Assembly: GCA_965205975.1 (NCBI GenBank)
Contig: OZ242195.1
Span: forward strand, 2,240,001 to 2,304,000
From: Candidatus Latescibacterota bacterium
GTDB lineage: Bacteria; Latescibacterota; UBA2968
Length of the DNA stretch: 64,000 nt
Direction: 5' to 3'
Made by a program: the position numbers and the translations under genes. The first letter of the stretch is position 1. Each line of letters starts with the position of its first letter. Under the pieces are notes generated by a model. The model had not been told where the DNA came from and searched no databases. It saw only the letters and a list, made by a program, of their open reading frames with translations. Below, one piece after another: positions 38,437 through 48,312 of the stretch.

Positions 38437-38973
38437 ATGGCCTTACTCGAAATAAAAAAATTCGGTTGCCCAACATTGCGAAAAAAAGCAACTCCCGTTC
38501 AAGATATAACCGATGAAGTGCGGCAGCTTGTTGAGGACATGTTCGCAACAATGTATGAGGCGGAAGGCGTTGGCCTTGCGGCGCAACAGGTGGGCTATAC
38601 AGGACGACTTCTGGTACTGGATGTGCGCCCGCGCGATCCCATGTCGGAACCTCTGGTATTTATCAACCCGGAAATTTTATGGACAGAGGGTGAATGTGCT
38701 GGCGAAGAAGGTTGTTTGAGTTTGCCGGAAATTGTCGGAGATGTCAAACGCCCGGCACAGGTGCGTGTACGCGCGCTCAATGAGAATGGAGGTGCATTTG
38801 AGACGACACTGGATGGCATTGCCGCCAAAGCACTTCAGCACGAAATTGACCACCTGGATGGCGTGCTAATCCTCGAACATTTCAACGCGATCAAGCGCAA
38901 TTTGTTGCGAGGTCAATTGCGCAAACTACAGCGCGAAGGCAAAAAACAGACACCGGGATTGACGTACGTATAA
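38437..38973 (+). CDS. def: Peptide deformylase
   Basis: GVGLAAQQVG, EGCLS, QHEIDHLDG. Confidence 0.96.
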   Translation: MALLEIKKFGCPTLRKKATPVQDITDEVRQLVEDMFATMYEAEGVGLAAQQVGYTGRLLVLDVRPRDPMSEPLVFINPEILWTEGECAGEEGCLSLPEIVGDVKRPAQVRVRALNENGGAFETTLDGIAAKALQHEIDHLDGVLILEHFNAIKRNLLRGQLRKLQREGKKQTPGLTYV

Positions 38974-38993
38974 CACTGACCACTGACTTTTCT

Positions 38994-39815
38994 ATGACAT
39001 CTTATATTGATTTGCACCTGCATTCGACGCAATCGGATGGCTCTTTCTCCCCCACACAGGTTGTTCAGCGAGCAGCCAAATTGGGACTATCGGCCATCAG
39101 TCTGACGGATCACGATTCGGTTGCCGGCGTGCAAGAGGCTCAGAATATCGGTCAGGATATCGGTGTAGAAGTAATTCCCGGCATCGAATTGAGCGCACAG
39201 GAAGCCGGTATAGACATCCATATTTTGGGCTATTTTATCGATCCTGAAAATTCGAATTTGCTGGTGTATTTGCAAAAATTTCAAGATGCGCGGCGCAATC
39301 GCGCTGAAAAAATAGTGGCCCGGCTCAATCGTCTGGGCGTGCGGATCACAATGGCGCAGGTGTTATACAAAGCGGGCGATGCTACTATCGGACGCCCCCA
39401 TGTGGCAGACGTGCTGGTCGAAGAGGGTTTTGTGTTTTCCCATAATCACGCATTCCAAAAATATCTGGGATATGGCAAACCCGCGTACCAACCCAAATTT
39501 GTATTGACGCCGCGCGAAGCGGTAGAAGTCATCCACGCGGCTGGTGGGCTGGCCAGTCTGGCACATCCCATTTTATATCGCCGCGACGCTCTGATTCCCG
39601 ACTTGATCAAACAGAGATTAGACGGTATAGAAGTGATGCATGTCAAACACGACCGCTCGGATATGCGTCACTATTCAGATATGGCAAAACACTATGGCTT
39701 GCTCACAACGGGCGGATCAGATTGCCACGGTGATGGTCGCGGTCAAGCCGTAATGGGAACCGTTCGGGTTCCTTCGACATTTTTGGATGTAATGAAGGAA
39801 AAATTGACGCAGTAG
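38994..39815 (+). CDS. PHP-domain phosphoesterase
   Basis: DLHLHSTQSDG, TDHD, HILGY, LAHP, GGSDCHG. Confidence 0.9.
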   Translation: MTSYIDLHLHSTQSDGSFSPTQVVQRAAKLGLSAISLTDHDSVAGVQEAQNIGQDIGVEVIPGIELSAQEAGIDIHILGYFIDPENSNLLVYLQKFQDARRNRAEKIVARLNRLGVRITMAQVLYKAGDATIGRPHVADVLVEEGFVFSHNHAFQKYLGYGKPAYQPKFVLTPREAVEVIHAAGGLASLAHPILYRRDALIPDLIKQRLDGIEVMHVKHDRSDMRHYSDMAKHYGLLTTGGSDCHGDGRGQAVMGTVRVPSTFLDVMKEKLTQ

Positions 39816-39854
39816 AGGCGGCATCTTTTTGCCTGCCTACTCCGTATTTTAGAT

Positions 39855-40829
39855 ATGAATGACATCCCATTCCTGGACAGACACCGGACAGATCAGTATT
39901 TTCTAAATACCCTCGAAGTACTTAAAGCCGAAAACCGCAATCCATCGGTAGTTATGGAGGTATTTCCCAATGCCGATGGACTCTTATGCGGCATCCGCGA
40001 GGTCCTGGAAATTTTGCGTCAGACATTGCCCAAAGATGCAGAAATTTGGTCGCTGGATGAAGGATCACCAATAGCGCGCAAAGAAGTAGTATTGCGCCTT
40101 CACGCAGATTATTGCGCTATCGGAATTTTTGAAACGGCATTGCTGGGCACGCTCGCGCATGGCAGCGGCTGGGCCTCTGCGGCGCGCGCCTGTGTGGAAG
40201 CTGCGGGAGAGATTCCCGTGATCAGTTTTGGCGCGCGGCACGTACATCCCGCCGTATCAGACCGCATGGAATACGCCGCATTGATCGGGGGTTGTGCTGG
40301 CTGTGCAACACCGGCAGGCGCTGCCCTATCCGATCAAAAAGCATCGGGCACCATGCCACACGCTTTGATGTTGATTTACGGCGATACAGTAGCCGCTGCC
40401 CGAGCTTTTGATACCCACATGCCCGATTCCGTACGGCGTGTTGTACTGGTAGATACATTTCGCGACGAAGCCGAAGAAAGCGTGCGCGTTGCGCGTGCAA
40501 TGGCCGGGCGGTTGTGGGGCGTCCGCCTGGATACACCCTCGGAATTGGGTGGGGTAACACCCGATCTGGTCTGGCGCGTACGCAAAGCATTGGATAGCGC
40601 GGGCTTTGACCAGGTGGGGATTTTTGTAAGTGGTGGATTAACGCCCGAGCGGATTTCAGAATTTGTGCGGTTGAAATGTCCAATTGCCGGTTTTGGTGTG
40701 GGCAGCGCGATCAGCGGCGCATCGCCAATTGATTTTACGGCAGATATTAAACAAATTGACGGCAAACCCATCGCCAAACGCGGTCGCAAAGCGGGTCTTC
40801 AGGATAACCCGAGGCTTAAAAAAAATTAA
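39855..40829 (+). CDS. Nicotinate phosphoribosyltransferase (archaeal-like type)
   Basis: TDQYF, FGARHVHP, GTMPH, LVDTF, VRLDTPS, IFVSGG, FGVG, AKRG. Confidence 0.85.
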   Translation: MNDIPFLDRHRTDQYFLNTLEVLKAENRNPSVVMEVFPNADGLLCGIREVLEILRQTLPKDAEIWSLDEGSPIARKEVVLRLHADYCAIGIFETALLGTLAHGSGWASAARACVEAAGEIPVISFGARHVHPAVSDRMEYAALIGGCAGCATPAGAALSDQKASGTMPHALMLIYGDTVAAARAFDTHMPDSVRRVVLVDTFRDEAEESVRVARAMAGRLWGVRLDTPSELGGVTPDLVWRVRKALDSAGFDQVGIFVSGGLTPERISEFVRLKCPIAGFGVGSAISGASPIDFTADIKQIDGKPIAKRGRKAGLQDNPRLKKN

Positions 40830-40854
40830 AAAATCGTCTCTTGTGGAGTAAAAA

Positions 40855-41100
40855 TTGAATATTAAAGTACTTTTTTTTGCATCTTGTCGCGATTTGATTG
40901 GCACTGGTGCGCGGGAAATGACACTGCCAGACAGCGCGACAGTAACGGATTTGATATCAAAGCTCGCATCGGAACAGGCGCGATTTATAGACATGGCACC
41001 GAGTTTGATGGTATCGATCAATCAAGCGTATGTGGAACGGGATGCGAAACTTCAAGATGGCGATGAGGTGGCATTTATCCCACCTGTAAGTGGTGGATAG
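40855..41100 (+). CDS. moaD: Molybdopterin synthase sulfur carrier
   Basis: VLFFA and C-terminal DGDEVAFIPPVSGG. Confidence 0.92.
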   Translation: MNIKVLFFASCRDLIGTGAREMTLPDSATVTDLISKLASEQARFIDMAPSLMVSINQAYVERDAKLQDGDEVAFIPPVSGG

Positions 41101-41132
41101 GGCCTACTTGTTAGTCTTTAGGGGAAATTATT

Positions 41133-41576
41133 ATGGCTGGTGATGTGTATAAAATCCAGGACAAAAAAATAACACCAGATGCGTTATACAATGCGGTACT
41201 GGCGGATTCGGACGGCGCAGTAACCACATTTGCGGGCGTGGTGCGAGACAATACAAAAGGGCGCGGAACCTCCTATCTCGTCTATGATGCGTATAGAGAT
41301 ATGGCTAAAAAGAAAATGCGGGAAATTGGAGATGAAGTAAAAGAAAAGTGGGAGGTGGATTGCGTGGGAATACTACACCGCGTAGGACGGTTGGAAATTG
41401 GGGAAATCAGCGTCCTAATTGCGATTTCTTCTCCACATCGCAAAGCGTCTTTGAAAGCGTGTCACTACGCGATTGATCGGTTAAAACAGACCGTGCCTAT
41501 CTGGAAAAAAGAAGTGTGGACAGACGGAGGTGAAGCCTGGATCGAGGGCGACCCATCTGCTCTGACTTCGCGCTGA
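41133..41576 (+). CDS. moaE: Molybdopterin synthase catalytic subunit
   Basis: GAVTTFAGVVRD, HRVGRL, SSPHR, LKQTVPIWKKE. Confidence 0.93.
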   Translation: MAGDVYKIQDKKITPDALYNAVLADSDGAVTTFAGVVRDNTKGRGTSYLVYDAYRDMAKKKMREIGDEVKEKWEVDCVGILHRVGRLEIGEISVLIAISSPHRKASLKACHYAIDRLKQTVPIWKKEVWTDGGEAWIEGDPSALTSR

Positions 41577-41595
41577 AAAAATAGCGGAGAATTTC

Positions 41596-41611
41596 AAAAA
41601 AACCGCAGGAC
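41596..41611. repeat. Left arm of inverted repeat (probable split bidirectional terminator)
   Basis: AAAAAAACCGCAGGAC; its reverse complement matches 43039-43054 at 15/16. Confidence 0.7.
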
Positions 41612-41665
41612 TTACATATAAGCTATGGGACTTCCCTTGCATCACCACCTTCCCGCTTCGCTGCA

Positions 41666-42886
41666 TCAATCACCTCTGACCGCAGTCCGCACCACCATGC
41701 CTTCAGTTGCGACCTGAATCCCGCCTATGACGACCGCCTGGCCGGCTTCCAGAGTGCCGGTTACGAACACTTTATCATCGGAACGCTGAAGGACGCGCAC
41801 CGGGACGATGGTCAATCGTTTGTCATCGCGCACTGCCCAAATCTCGTTGCCTGGCCTGAGTGCTGACCGTCGCAGGATGAAGTACCGGTCTGGGATGATT
41901 CCCTCAATTCGTACTTTCACAAACTTACCCACAAGAAGGGGCGGACCTGGACCAGCATTTGCATTATCGCCATCTGCTCCAGCCCAGGTGCCGCTTGCAA
42001 AGGGGTCCGGAACGCGTACGATGACGTTGATGGTGCGCGTCTGTTCGTCCAAGGATGCCTCCGCCCGATCTACATAGCCCTCCCAGGCATAGCTCCCTTT
42101 GCCGTATTCAGCTATGACGTGAGCCTTGACCCGCCGGTCTCCGTCGCCCGCTTCCAACTCCCATAGGCCGGGGATGAGAACCGCGTTGGCGTCGGACAGG
42201 GGAACCACTACTTCGACGGCGTTGGCCGCGTAAAGTCGCCCTGCGCTCTGGCCAGCTACCACGAACTGCCCCACATCTATCGACTCGATCCGCACGACTC
42301 CGCTGAAGGGCGCACGTATCTCTGTGCGGGACAAAGCCAATTCAGCGTCAGCGAGCATGGCACTATCTCTACCTAAAGCGGCTTGGGCAGCCTCGAGCTG
42401 AGGCTGCCGCAATACCAGAGGACTGGCCTCCGTCAGAGACGTGCGATCCGCCTGACGGCGTTTATATTGTGCGTATTCAGCGCGTGCGATCCGGGCCTCT
42501 TCCTCCTCCTGAAGAAGTACTACCTGCTGTGCGGCCACGTTGGCACGTGCCTGCTGCACTCTGTTGCGATAGTCGGCGTCCTCAATGCGGAAGAGAACCT
42601 GCCCTTCGCGAACTCGTCCGCCACTCTGAAAGGCCGGATCCACCCAAACAACCTTACCATTGATTTCGGCAGCGACATCTATCTCTGCGACAGGTCGAAC
42701 CGTCCCGGCTCCGTACACGGGAATTGCACTGGTACCGACCACTGCAGGCGTTGCGGTTACGAAGGGAATCTGGGTGGGAAGAGGTCGGAGTTCCGGATTG
42801 GGCTTCAACCAGACCATAAGGCTGGCAAAAAACAAGGATATGAGAAGGACGGCACCGGCCGTGAGTAAGCTTCTTCCTCGATTCAT
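41666..42886 (-). CDS. RND efflux periplasmic adaptor (membrane fusion protein)
   Basis: N-terminal TM, GTVRP...EINGKVV, GGRVREGQVLFRIE, coiled coil, LSRTEIRAPFSGVV. GC-rich like the sterol island. Confidence 0.9.
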   Translation of the reverse strand: MNRGRSLLTAGAVLLISLFFASLMVWLKPNPELRPLPTQIPFVTATPAVVGTSAIPVYGAGTVRPVAEIDVAAEINGKVVWVDPAFQSGGRVREGQVLFRIEDADYRNRVQQARANVAAQQVVLLQEEEEARIARAEYAQYKRRQADRTSLTEASPLVLRQPQLEAAQAALGRDSAMLADAELALSRTEIRAPFSGVVRIESIDVGQFVVAGQSAGRLYAANAVEVVVPLSDANAVLIPGLWELEAGDGDRRVKAHVIAEYGKGSYAWEGYVDRAEASLDEQTRTINVIVRVPDPFASGTWAGADGDNANAGPGPPLLVGKFVKVRIEGIIPDRYFILRRSALRPGNEIWAVRDDKRLTIVPVRVLQRSDDKVFVTGTLEAGQAVVIGGIQVATEGMVVRTAVRGD

Positions 42887-43038
42887 CTCTTTTCTCTTTT
42901 CAGTACAGGCTGATTCGGTGTGCGGCTTGGCATTGATAAGCTAAAAGGGAATGTAAACGTGCCAATTACTTGTCCCTATATACCATAGCATACACTTTTA
43001 CAAAATGCAAGATTTTTAAATCTGATTAGTATTAGAAT

Positions 43039-43054
43039 GTCTTGCGGTTTTTTT
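43039..43054. repeat. Right arm of inverted repeat (probable split bidirectional terminator)
   Basis: GTCTTGCGGTTTTTTT. Confidence 0.7.
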
Positions 43055-44495
43055 ATGCTTCTTGCAATGCGGCGTGGAAGGTCCAGAGACGCCATTGGGC
43101 ATTATCGAAATTTGAGAGTTTGATTCGTATTTCAGAAGGTCCAACGGGAAGTTCACATGGAATATAGTCGATGGCGAACCCATTCTCATGTTCCTCCGCA
43201 TGGATCTCCGCACCATTGACCCACACGCGCATCCAGTCGTCATAACCGATGGCGAGGGTGTACGCGCCCGCTTCAGGCGGAGTAATTTGTCCTACTGCAT
43301 AAGCGGAGACATTGGCGGGTTGAGTACCGACATTGGTGCGTTTGCGACCTCGAAGGTGCCGCGTAAAATCGCACCAGCCGCGTTCTGAATCCGCTTGAAT
43401 GGGCAGAGAAAGTGTAGTGGGCGCATTATCACCCATGTAAATGTCAAAATCAGCAGTATGCGTGTTGGGCCAATCGGAGACGGATTTTTCGGCCCATTCG
43501 GACCGATTGAAATCTTCGCGTGTATTGCAGGGAAAAGGCCCGGCGATTTGCCATTGATCTGGGGTGAGAATAGCCGGAGGATCAGCGGGATTGACATAGG
43601 CGTAAATAACGCTTTCGAGATCATTCCCACGAGATCCAAAACGAATAATAGCCGAGTGATCAAACCATATTGGATCGGGACCGAAAAAGCGGTACATCAC
43701 CCCTTCGTAACCAGAACCTCCCGCTGTGTGTTCAGCACTCCGATGGATATGCGGCGCGCCTACCCAATCGGTTTGTATCTTCCATATCCCAAAGCTCATA
43801 TTGAAAATATCCTCACCCCCAATGCCGCGCAGGGCGTGAGGATCGCTTTCTCCATCAAGCAGCCACAAGTCTCCGCCGGTATGATACCAGCTATCAGCGC
43901 GATCCCTTACGACCACCCCCTTGACCATACCCGCGATAAATCCACTGCCCGAATAGTCAGCCATCAGCATACTACCCAGCGATTGAGCGGGGTATTCGCC
44001 GCGGGGCGTGACGTGGAGGCGCAATGGAGTTAATTCGGTATTGTCATACGACGACCAATCGGCCATAAACCAGAGCGGAATAGCGCGACCACTATTATTC
44101 GTAATTTCGAGACGCAGCGATTTGAAAGGGATGGGCAAATAACAATTGAGCGCGTTTTTGGGAAGGATTTTGATGACCGCGCTATCAATGGGATAAATAT
44201 CGTGTTCAAAGAGAATGGCAAAAAAACGGGCGAGGGGAAGATCGACAGCGGGATCGTCCTCCCCATCGCAATAGAGGCGGAGTTGCAAATCGTGGATGGG
44301 ATCGCGCGCATCGCCTTCGCGCTTATACCCATAAGTGAGCCACCAGTGATGGATGCACCCTGGACCCTCTTCATCAAAGAGAACTGCCGTTTCGCCAGAA
44401 GCCACATTGGGACGACGGGTAACGCGCTGACTTTTCCCGCGAATGGGCAATTCGAGCTCTGCGTGAAAAAGGCGATTCATCACTGGAATATTCAA
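43053..44495 (-). CDS. DUF2961-family protein (putative glycoside hydrolase-like)
   Basis: EGPGCIHHWWLT, LRLYCDGE..P.VD.P, NCYLPIPF, GGED.FN, YRF..PDPI.F. Confidence 0.7.
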   Translation of the reverse strand: MNIPVMNRLFHAELELPIRGKSQRVTRRPNVASGETAVLFDEEGPGCIHHWWLTYGYKREGDARDPIHDLQLRLYCDGEDDPAVDLPLARFFAILFEHDIYPIDSAVIKILPKNALNCYLPIPFKSLRLEITNNSGRAIPLWFMADWSSYDNTELTPLRLHVTPRGEYPAQSLGSMLMADYSGSGFIAGMVKGVVVRDRADSWYHTGGDLWLLDGESDPHALRGIGGEDIFNMSFGIWKIQTDWVGAPHIHRSAEHTAGGSGYEGVMYRFFGPDPIWFDHSAIIRFGSRGNDLESVIYAYVNPADPPAILTPDQWQIAGPFPCNTREDFNRSEWAEKSVSDWPNTHTADFDIYMGDNAPTTLSLPIQADSERGWCDFTRHLRGRKRTNVGTQPANVSAYAVGQITPPEAGAYTLAIGYDDWMRVWVNGAEIHAEEHENGFAIDYIPCELPVGPSEIRIKLSNFDNAQWRLWTFHAALQEA

Positions 44496-44587
44496 TCTGA
44501 TTTTTTGTGTTCAGAAGAAATAACAATAAAACCAATGACGAACAAAGTCACTATAAATGTCATAAACAGCATCATTCCAACAGGCAT
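44492..44587 (-). CDS. Small single-TM protein (31 aa), not in ORF track
   Basis: AAGGAG 7 nt upstream of ATG. Translates MPVGMMLFMTFIVTLFVIGFIVISSEHKKSD. Its TGA overlaps the TTG start of the DUF2961 gene. Confidence 0.6.
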   Translation of the reverse strand: MPVGMMLFMTFIVTLFVIGFIVISSEHKKSD

Positions 44588-44779
44588 TGTGTGTCTCCTT
44601 TTAAAATGTGAATGTCAAATCAGCATATTAATCGAAACTATGCGACAAATTTGAGCAGGGTATGGCTTTCCAATGTCAGCAATGTTGTGATCTACATCCA
44701 TCTTTAAATTTGTTCAGTTTTCTGCTGTATAACTGTCCAATGCAACTCCAACGAATTATTAGCAGAACAGGATAGTGCC

Positions 44780-45352
44780 CTATGTTTCTTCAAGAGGTGT
44801 GTATAGAACACCATCTTTCCTGTCCCCACTGATCTCACCTATGCAATTCAAGAATCTTATACCAACACTGTTTGTATCAACGAGAACAAATTGTTGATTT
44901 GTACGCATACCTATTGTCACCGAATGCATTTCTATTCTTTTTATTGAGTTCACTACCTGTTGTCCAGCTTGGTAGGTCAAATTCAGTAGGCAATTTTCAG
45001 CCTCAAGCTTTTGTTGAATACGGGGCCACTGGGCATTGACAGATTTGATCAACTCGGCATTGAAATGCTGTCGGGCACAAGAGAAGGTCGCTTCTTTTGA
45101 GCAATTATGAAGGTCAAGGATAACTTGATACCCAAGAACCTGACGTCTTTGCCACTCGGCATCAAAGTGTTCGACAACTTCCTTCTCTGGATTAGTCGTC
45201 ACTGGAAGCGAAAATGAAGAAAGATAGTCCTGATAAAAGTCATTGAGGCTTCCGGAACCGGTGTAATACCTTGCCACAACAGCATAACTGCTTAGGACAC
45301 ACGATCCGTATCGCTGGATAAAATCTTTAGGCAGCCTTGTAATATCAATCAT
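44780..45352 (-). CDS. Hypothetical protein, possible papain-like Cys-His-Asp fold
   Basis: GSCVLSS, MHSVTI and VLVDTN occur in catalytic-triad order. AT-rich. Start uncertain; the ORF extends to 45385. Confidence 0.5.
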   Translation of the reverse strand: MIDITRLPKDFIQRYGSCVLSSYAVVARYYTGSGSLNDFYQDYLSSFSLPVTTNPEKEVVEHFDAEWQRRQVLGYQVILDLHNCSKEATFSCARQHFNAELIKSVNAQWPRIQQKLEAENCLLNLTYQAGQQVVNSIKRIEMHSVTIGMRTNQQFVLVDTNSVGIRFLNCIGEISGDRKDGVLYTPLEET

Positions 45353-45381
45353 TTTGTTTATCCTACATTTAAAAATCCGAT

Positions 45382-45624
45382 TCAAACAGTTGTGTACTTA
45401 TGTCCAGGGGGTGTGGAGACCGGCTTCAGTATGTATATCTTGCCCTGCCGTGCTGCTGACTCAATATCTCCGCGGCGAAGAGCTGCTCTTACCTCGTCGA
45501 GCTTGTAAGCGTCTTGCAAAGAAAGATAAGGCGACCACTCATCCTCGGTTTCCAACAACTCGACATCAACCTCAGCGACATACTGACCTTCATGAATCAG
45601 TTTTGTACGGCTTCGCTTTTTCAT
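45382..45624 (-). CDS. Putative antitoxin partner of DUF4258 protein
   Basis: TGATG overlap. MKKRSRTKLIHEGQYVAEVDVEL...WSPYLSLQDAYKLDEVR. Confidence 0.6.
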   Translation of the reverse strand: MKKRSRTKLIHEGQYVAEVDVELLETEDEWSPYLSLQDAYKLDEVRAALRRGDIESAARQGKIYILKPVSTPPGHKYTTV

Positions 45625-45944
45625 CAGCGTCTCCTGAGAAAATCGTTTTCCCACAACTCTATATCTGGCCTATAAGCCGTCACCAGAACCGCAGGACTGG
45701 CATGGCCTTTCGGTATCCCCCAGACAACATGGACTGGCTGACTGTTCGTGTCTCGTTGAAGCACGAGAACACAAGGACCTTTTGGATAGTGCGGATAATC
45801 TTCCACAACGACGGCATCAGTGACCCCCTCCACCAATTCCCGAGCTAAGAGAGCGTCCTCCGAAAGTTCACTGTATCCATGGACTGAAATACGCACTTCG
45901 CCTTTTTGGATCAACATCTGGATATTTGCAAGCGTTTCGCTCAA
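45624..45944 (-). CDS. DUF4258-family putative toxin
   Basis: ISVHG, VVEDYP, PVHVVWG, LVTAYRPD...W. Confidence 0.75.
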   Translation of the reverse strand: MSETLANIQMLIQKGEVRISVHGYSELSEDALLARELVEGVTDAVVVEDYPHYPKGPCVLVLQRDTNSQPVHVVWGIPKGHASPAVLVTAYRPDIELWENDFLRRR

Positions 45945-45980
45945 CAGATTCTCTCATTTTTTGAACGAGTTAGAATCCCA

Positions 45981-47705
45981 TTACGCGGTGAAGATAGCGA
46001 CGACGGTCCAGCAGATTGCGGCGAGTCCGGCGGCAATAGAGGCTTGCGGAATTTGCGTTTTGACGTGATCCATCAGGTCGCAACCCGTACACATAGAACT
46101 TAGAACCGTAGTATCTGAAATTGGCGAACACTGATCGCCGTAAACACTACCGTCTATGACAGCGGCAAAACACAGCGTCATAAAAAGTTCGGGATGTGAC
46201 AGGCCATTTGCCATTGCGACCGCCCAGGCCAGTGGCATAGCCAGTGGAAAAGCCACCGCATACGTGCCCCAACTCGTACCTGTGGAAAAGGCAATCGCCA
46301 TCGTGAGAATTTGGAGCAAAACCGGCAAAATGAAATACGGAATGGTATCCCCGAGTTGCTCGACCAGGAAGATGCCTCCACCCGTTTCCTTGCTGATGCC
46401 ACCAATAGTAATAGCCAGCAAGAGAATAACCGAGCCGAGCACCACGCCTTTGAGACCATCGTGAAATCCCGAGACAATATCCTTAAGCGACATGCCCTTG
46501 GCAAGAGCCATACCCACGGCTATCAGAAGTGCGATGCCAAAAGCCCATTGCACATTCGGAGATCCGCTGATGATAAAAGTCCCGATAGCAATGGCGATAA
46601 GCGCGCCCAGAGGCAGGAAAAACTCGAGAACATGCGGCGTGTAGCCTTCGGGCACATTGCTTCCCTGCAGTTCTTTGGCACTCAAAGGATCGGCATCGTC
46701 GGCGTCGAGTTGCCCTGTCTCTCGAGAGCGCTGCATAGCATCCTTGAGTTGCTTGCCCAAAAAGAGGGGTTTTTCAATACTGAGCAAGAACGTGCCCAAC
46801 ACGGCGAAAATCGCGTAGAAGCAGAACGGGACACTCTTAAAAAAGAAGAGAAGACGGTCGGCTTCAGTAGCTAAAAAACTGACACCTGCGACAAAAATAA
46901 AGGCCTGAACATAGCCCGGCCAGGCATTGAAAGCGAGCTGTGAAGCAATCGGTGAAGCGGTCGAATCGACGATGTAGGCCAATTCCTCGTGGCTGATTTT
47001 TTCCTTATCCGCAATGGGTTTGACAGTCGTACCGACCAGCACCGTACTAACGGTGCCGCCCTGAAAGAAGATGACACCGAGCATCCAGGCGACGAGCTTG
47101 GCACTCTTGGGACCGCGAACAAAACGCACAGTCATAAATTCGGCAAAAGCTTGCGCTGCACCCGTGCGCGACCATATCCCCATAAGCCCACCCAGGAGCC
47201 ACAAATAGAGCAATAAGATACTCGCGGCATTTGACGTTGACAATGAAGGGATTAAGACCTCGCCCGTAAAGTCATAGCGGGTCAAAATAAGCGCGCCAGA
47301 GATAATACCACCCAAAAGAGCTGTGACGGGTTCTTTGGTAATCCAGCATAAGAGCACGGCCACCACCGCGGGCAGCAGTGACCAGTAGCCCCAGTGGTGT
47401 TTTGCCAGGAGTTGATAATATTTGATTTCTCCATCCTCTACCGATGAGACAAATTCCTCTTTGATGGGAGGCGTTTCATTCGAGCCGTGTATTCTCGAGC
47501 GATTGAGCTGCGCTTGTTCAATCGGCACCGCATCGAAATAGGCGGGTTTGCCTCTGTAGATGTAATACAGTTGGCCACTATCGTCTGTGAGAACGTCTAA
47601 GGTAATTTGTTCAACGGTCCATGTGGGCGGCACAGTTGACCCCACAATCCACGATACAATTATGGCAACGACAAAAATGACAAAATTGCGAATACCAGTA
47701 GGCAT
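45981..47705 (-). CDS. Na+/H+ antiporter NhaC-family transporter
   Basis: [52 protein letters not shown]. Start 47705 follows GGAGG. Confidence 0.88.
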   Translation of the reverse strand: MPTGIRNFVIFVVAIIVSWIVGSTVPPTWTVEQITLDVLTDDSGQLYYIYRGKPAYFDAVPIEQAQLNRSRIHGSNETPPIKEEFVSSVEDGEIKYYQLLAKHHWGYWSLLPAVVAVLLCWITKEPVTALLGGIISGALILTRYDFTGEVLIPSLSTSNAASILLLYLWLLGGLMGIWSRTGAAQAFAEFMTVRFVRGPKSAKLVAWMLGVIFFQGGTVSTVLVGTTVKPIADKEKISHEELAYIVDSTASPIASQLAFNAWPGYVQAFIFVAGVSFLATEADRLLFFFKSVPFCFYAIFAVLGTFLLSIEKPLFLGKQLKDAMQRSRETGQLDADDADPLSAKELQGSNVPEGYTPHVLEFFLPLGALIAIAIGTFIISGSPNVQWAFGIALLIAVGMALAKGMSLKDIVSGFHDGLKGVVLGSVILLLAITIGGISKETGGGIFLVEQLGDTIPYFILPVLLQILTMAIAFSTGTSWGTYAVAFPLAMPLAWAVAMANGLSHPELFMTLCFAAVIDGSVYGDQCSPISDTTVLSSMCTGCDLMDHVKTQIPQASIAAGLAAICWTVVAIFTA

Positions 47706-47958
47706 ATACTCCCTCCGGAATAAGGGTATAAAAAATGCGGCGAGAAGGCGCACCAAAATAAGGCGGTAAAATGCACTTGTCAATTGCTTTGGCACAGGAT
47801 AAACATAGAAAAATGGGATAAAACAAGTTGACTTTGTACATAAGTTTGTTACATTATCTTTAAATTTACCCCTTGGCCATGACCACCCCTATTTATGGCC
47901 GAAAGGGTTGTGTGCATGGCGAGATTTTTTTAAAGACGCCAGTGGCGAGGAGGGTCTT

Positions 47959-48150
47959 ATGGAGCAAGCGTTTCCACAGTGTTTGAAGTGCAACACGGGT
48001 ATTTTGCTACCGCTGTCGGATTATGGGCGCGATGGGGCATCTATCATGTACAAAGCATGGGTATGCAACAATCCCAACTGCGGATTTAATTTGCGGATTG
48101 ACAACGGTGAAATTAGCACGGGCCGGGATATTACCGAGTCCTACAAGTAG
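47959..48150 (+). CDS. Small zinc-ribbon protein
   Basis: GAGGAGG RBS. CLKC...LLPLSDYG...KAWVCNNPNCG. Confidence 0.7.
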   Translation: MEQAFPQCLKCNTGILLPLSDYGRDGASIMYKAWVCNNPNCGFNLRIDNGEISTGRDITESYK

Positions 48151-48155
48151 AGCTC

Positions 48156-48196
48156 CCATTTCGGTGGGGTATTCCTCACCGAAATGGTTGTTTTTT
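48156..48196 (+). terminator. Intrinsic terminator
   Basis: CCATTTCGGTGGGG-loop-CCTCACCGAAATGG followed by TTGTTTTTT. Confidence 0.8.
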
Positions 48197-48312
48197 CCCT
48201 CACCGGTTTGCCGTTTCACCTTCTCCCAAAAAGGGCGGCACCGGTTTCTTTCTTTTTTCCCCTTCGTATGCCGATACACTCCCCTTAATTTTTCAACAAC
48301 TGATACATACTT

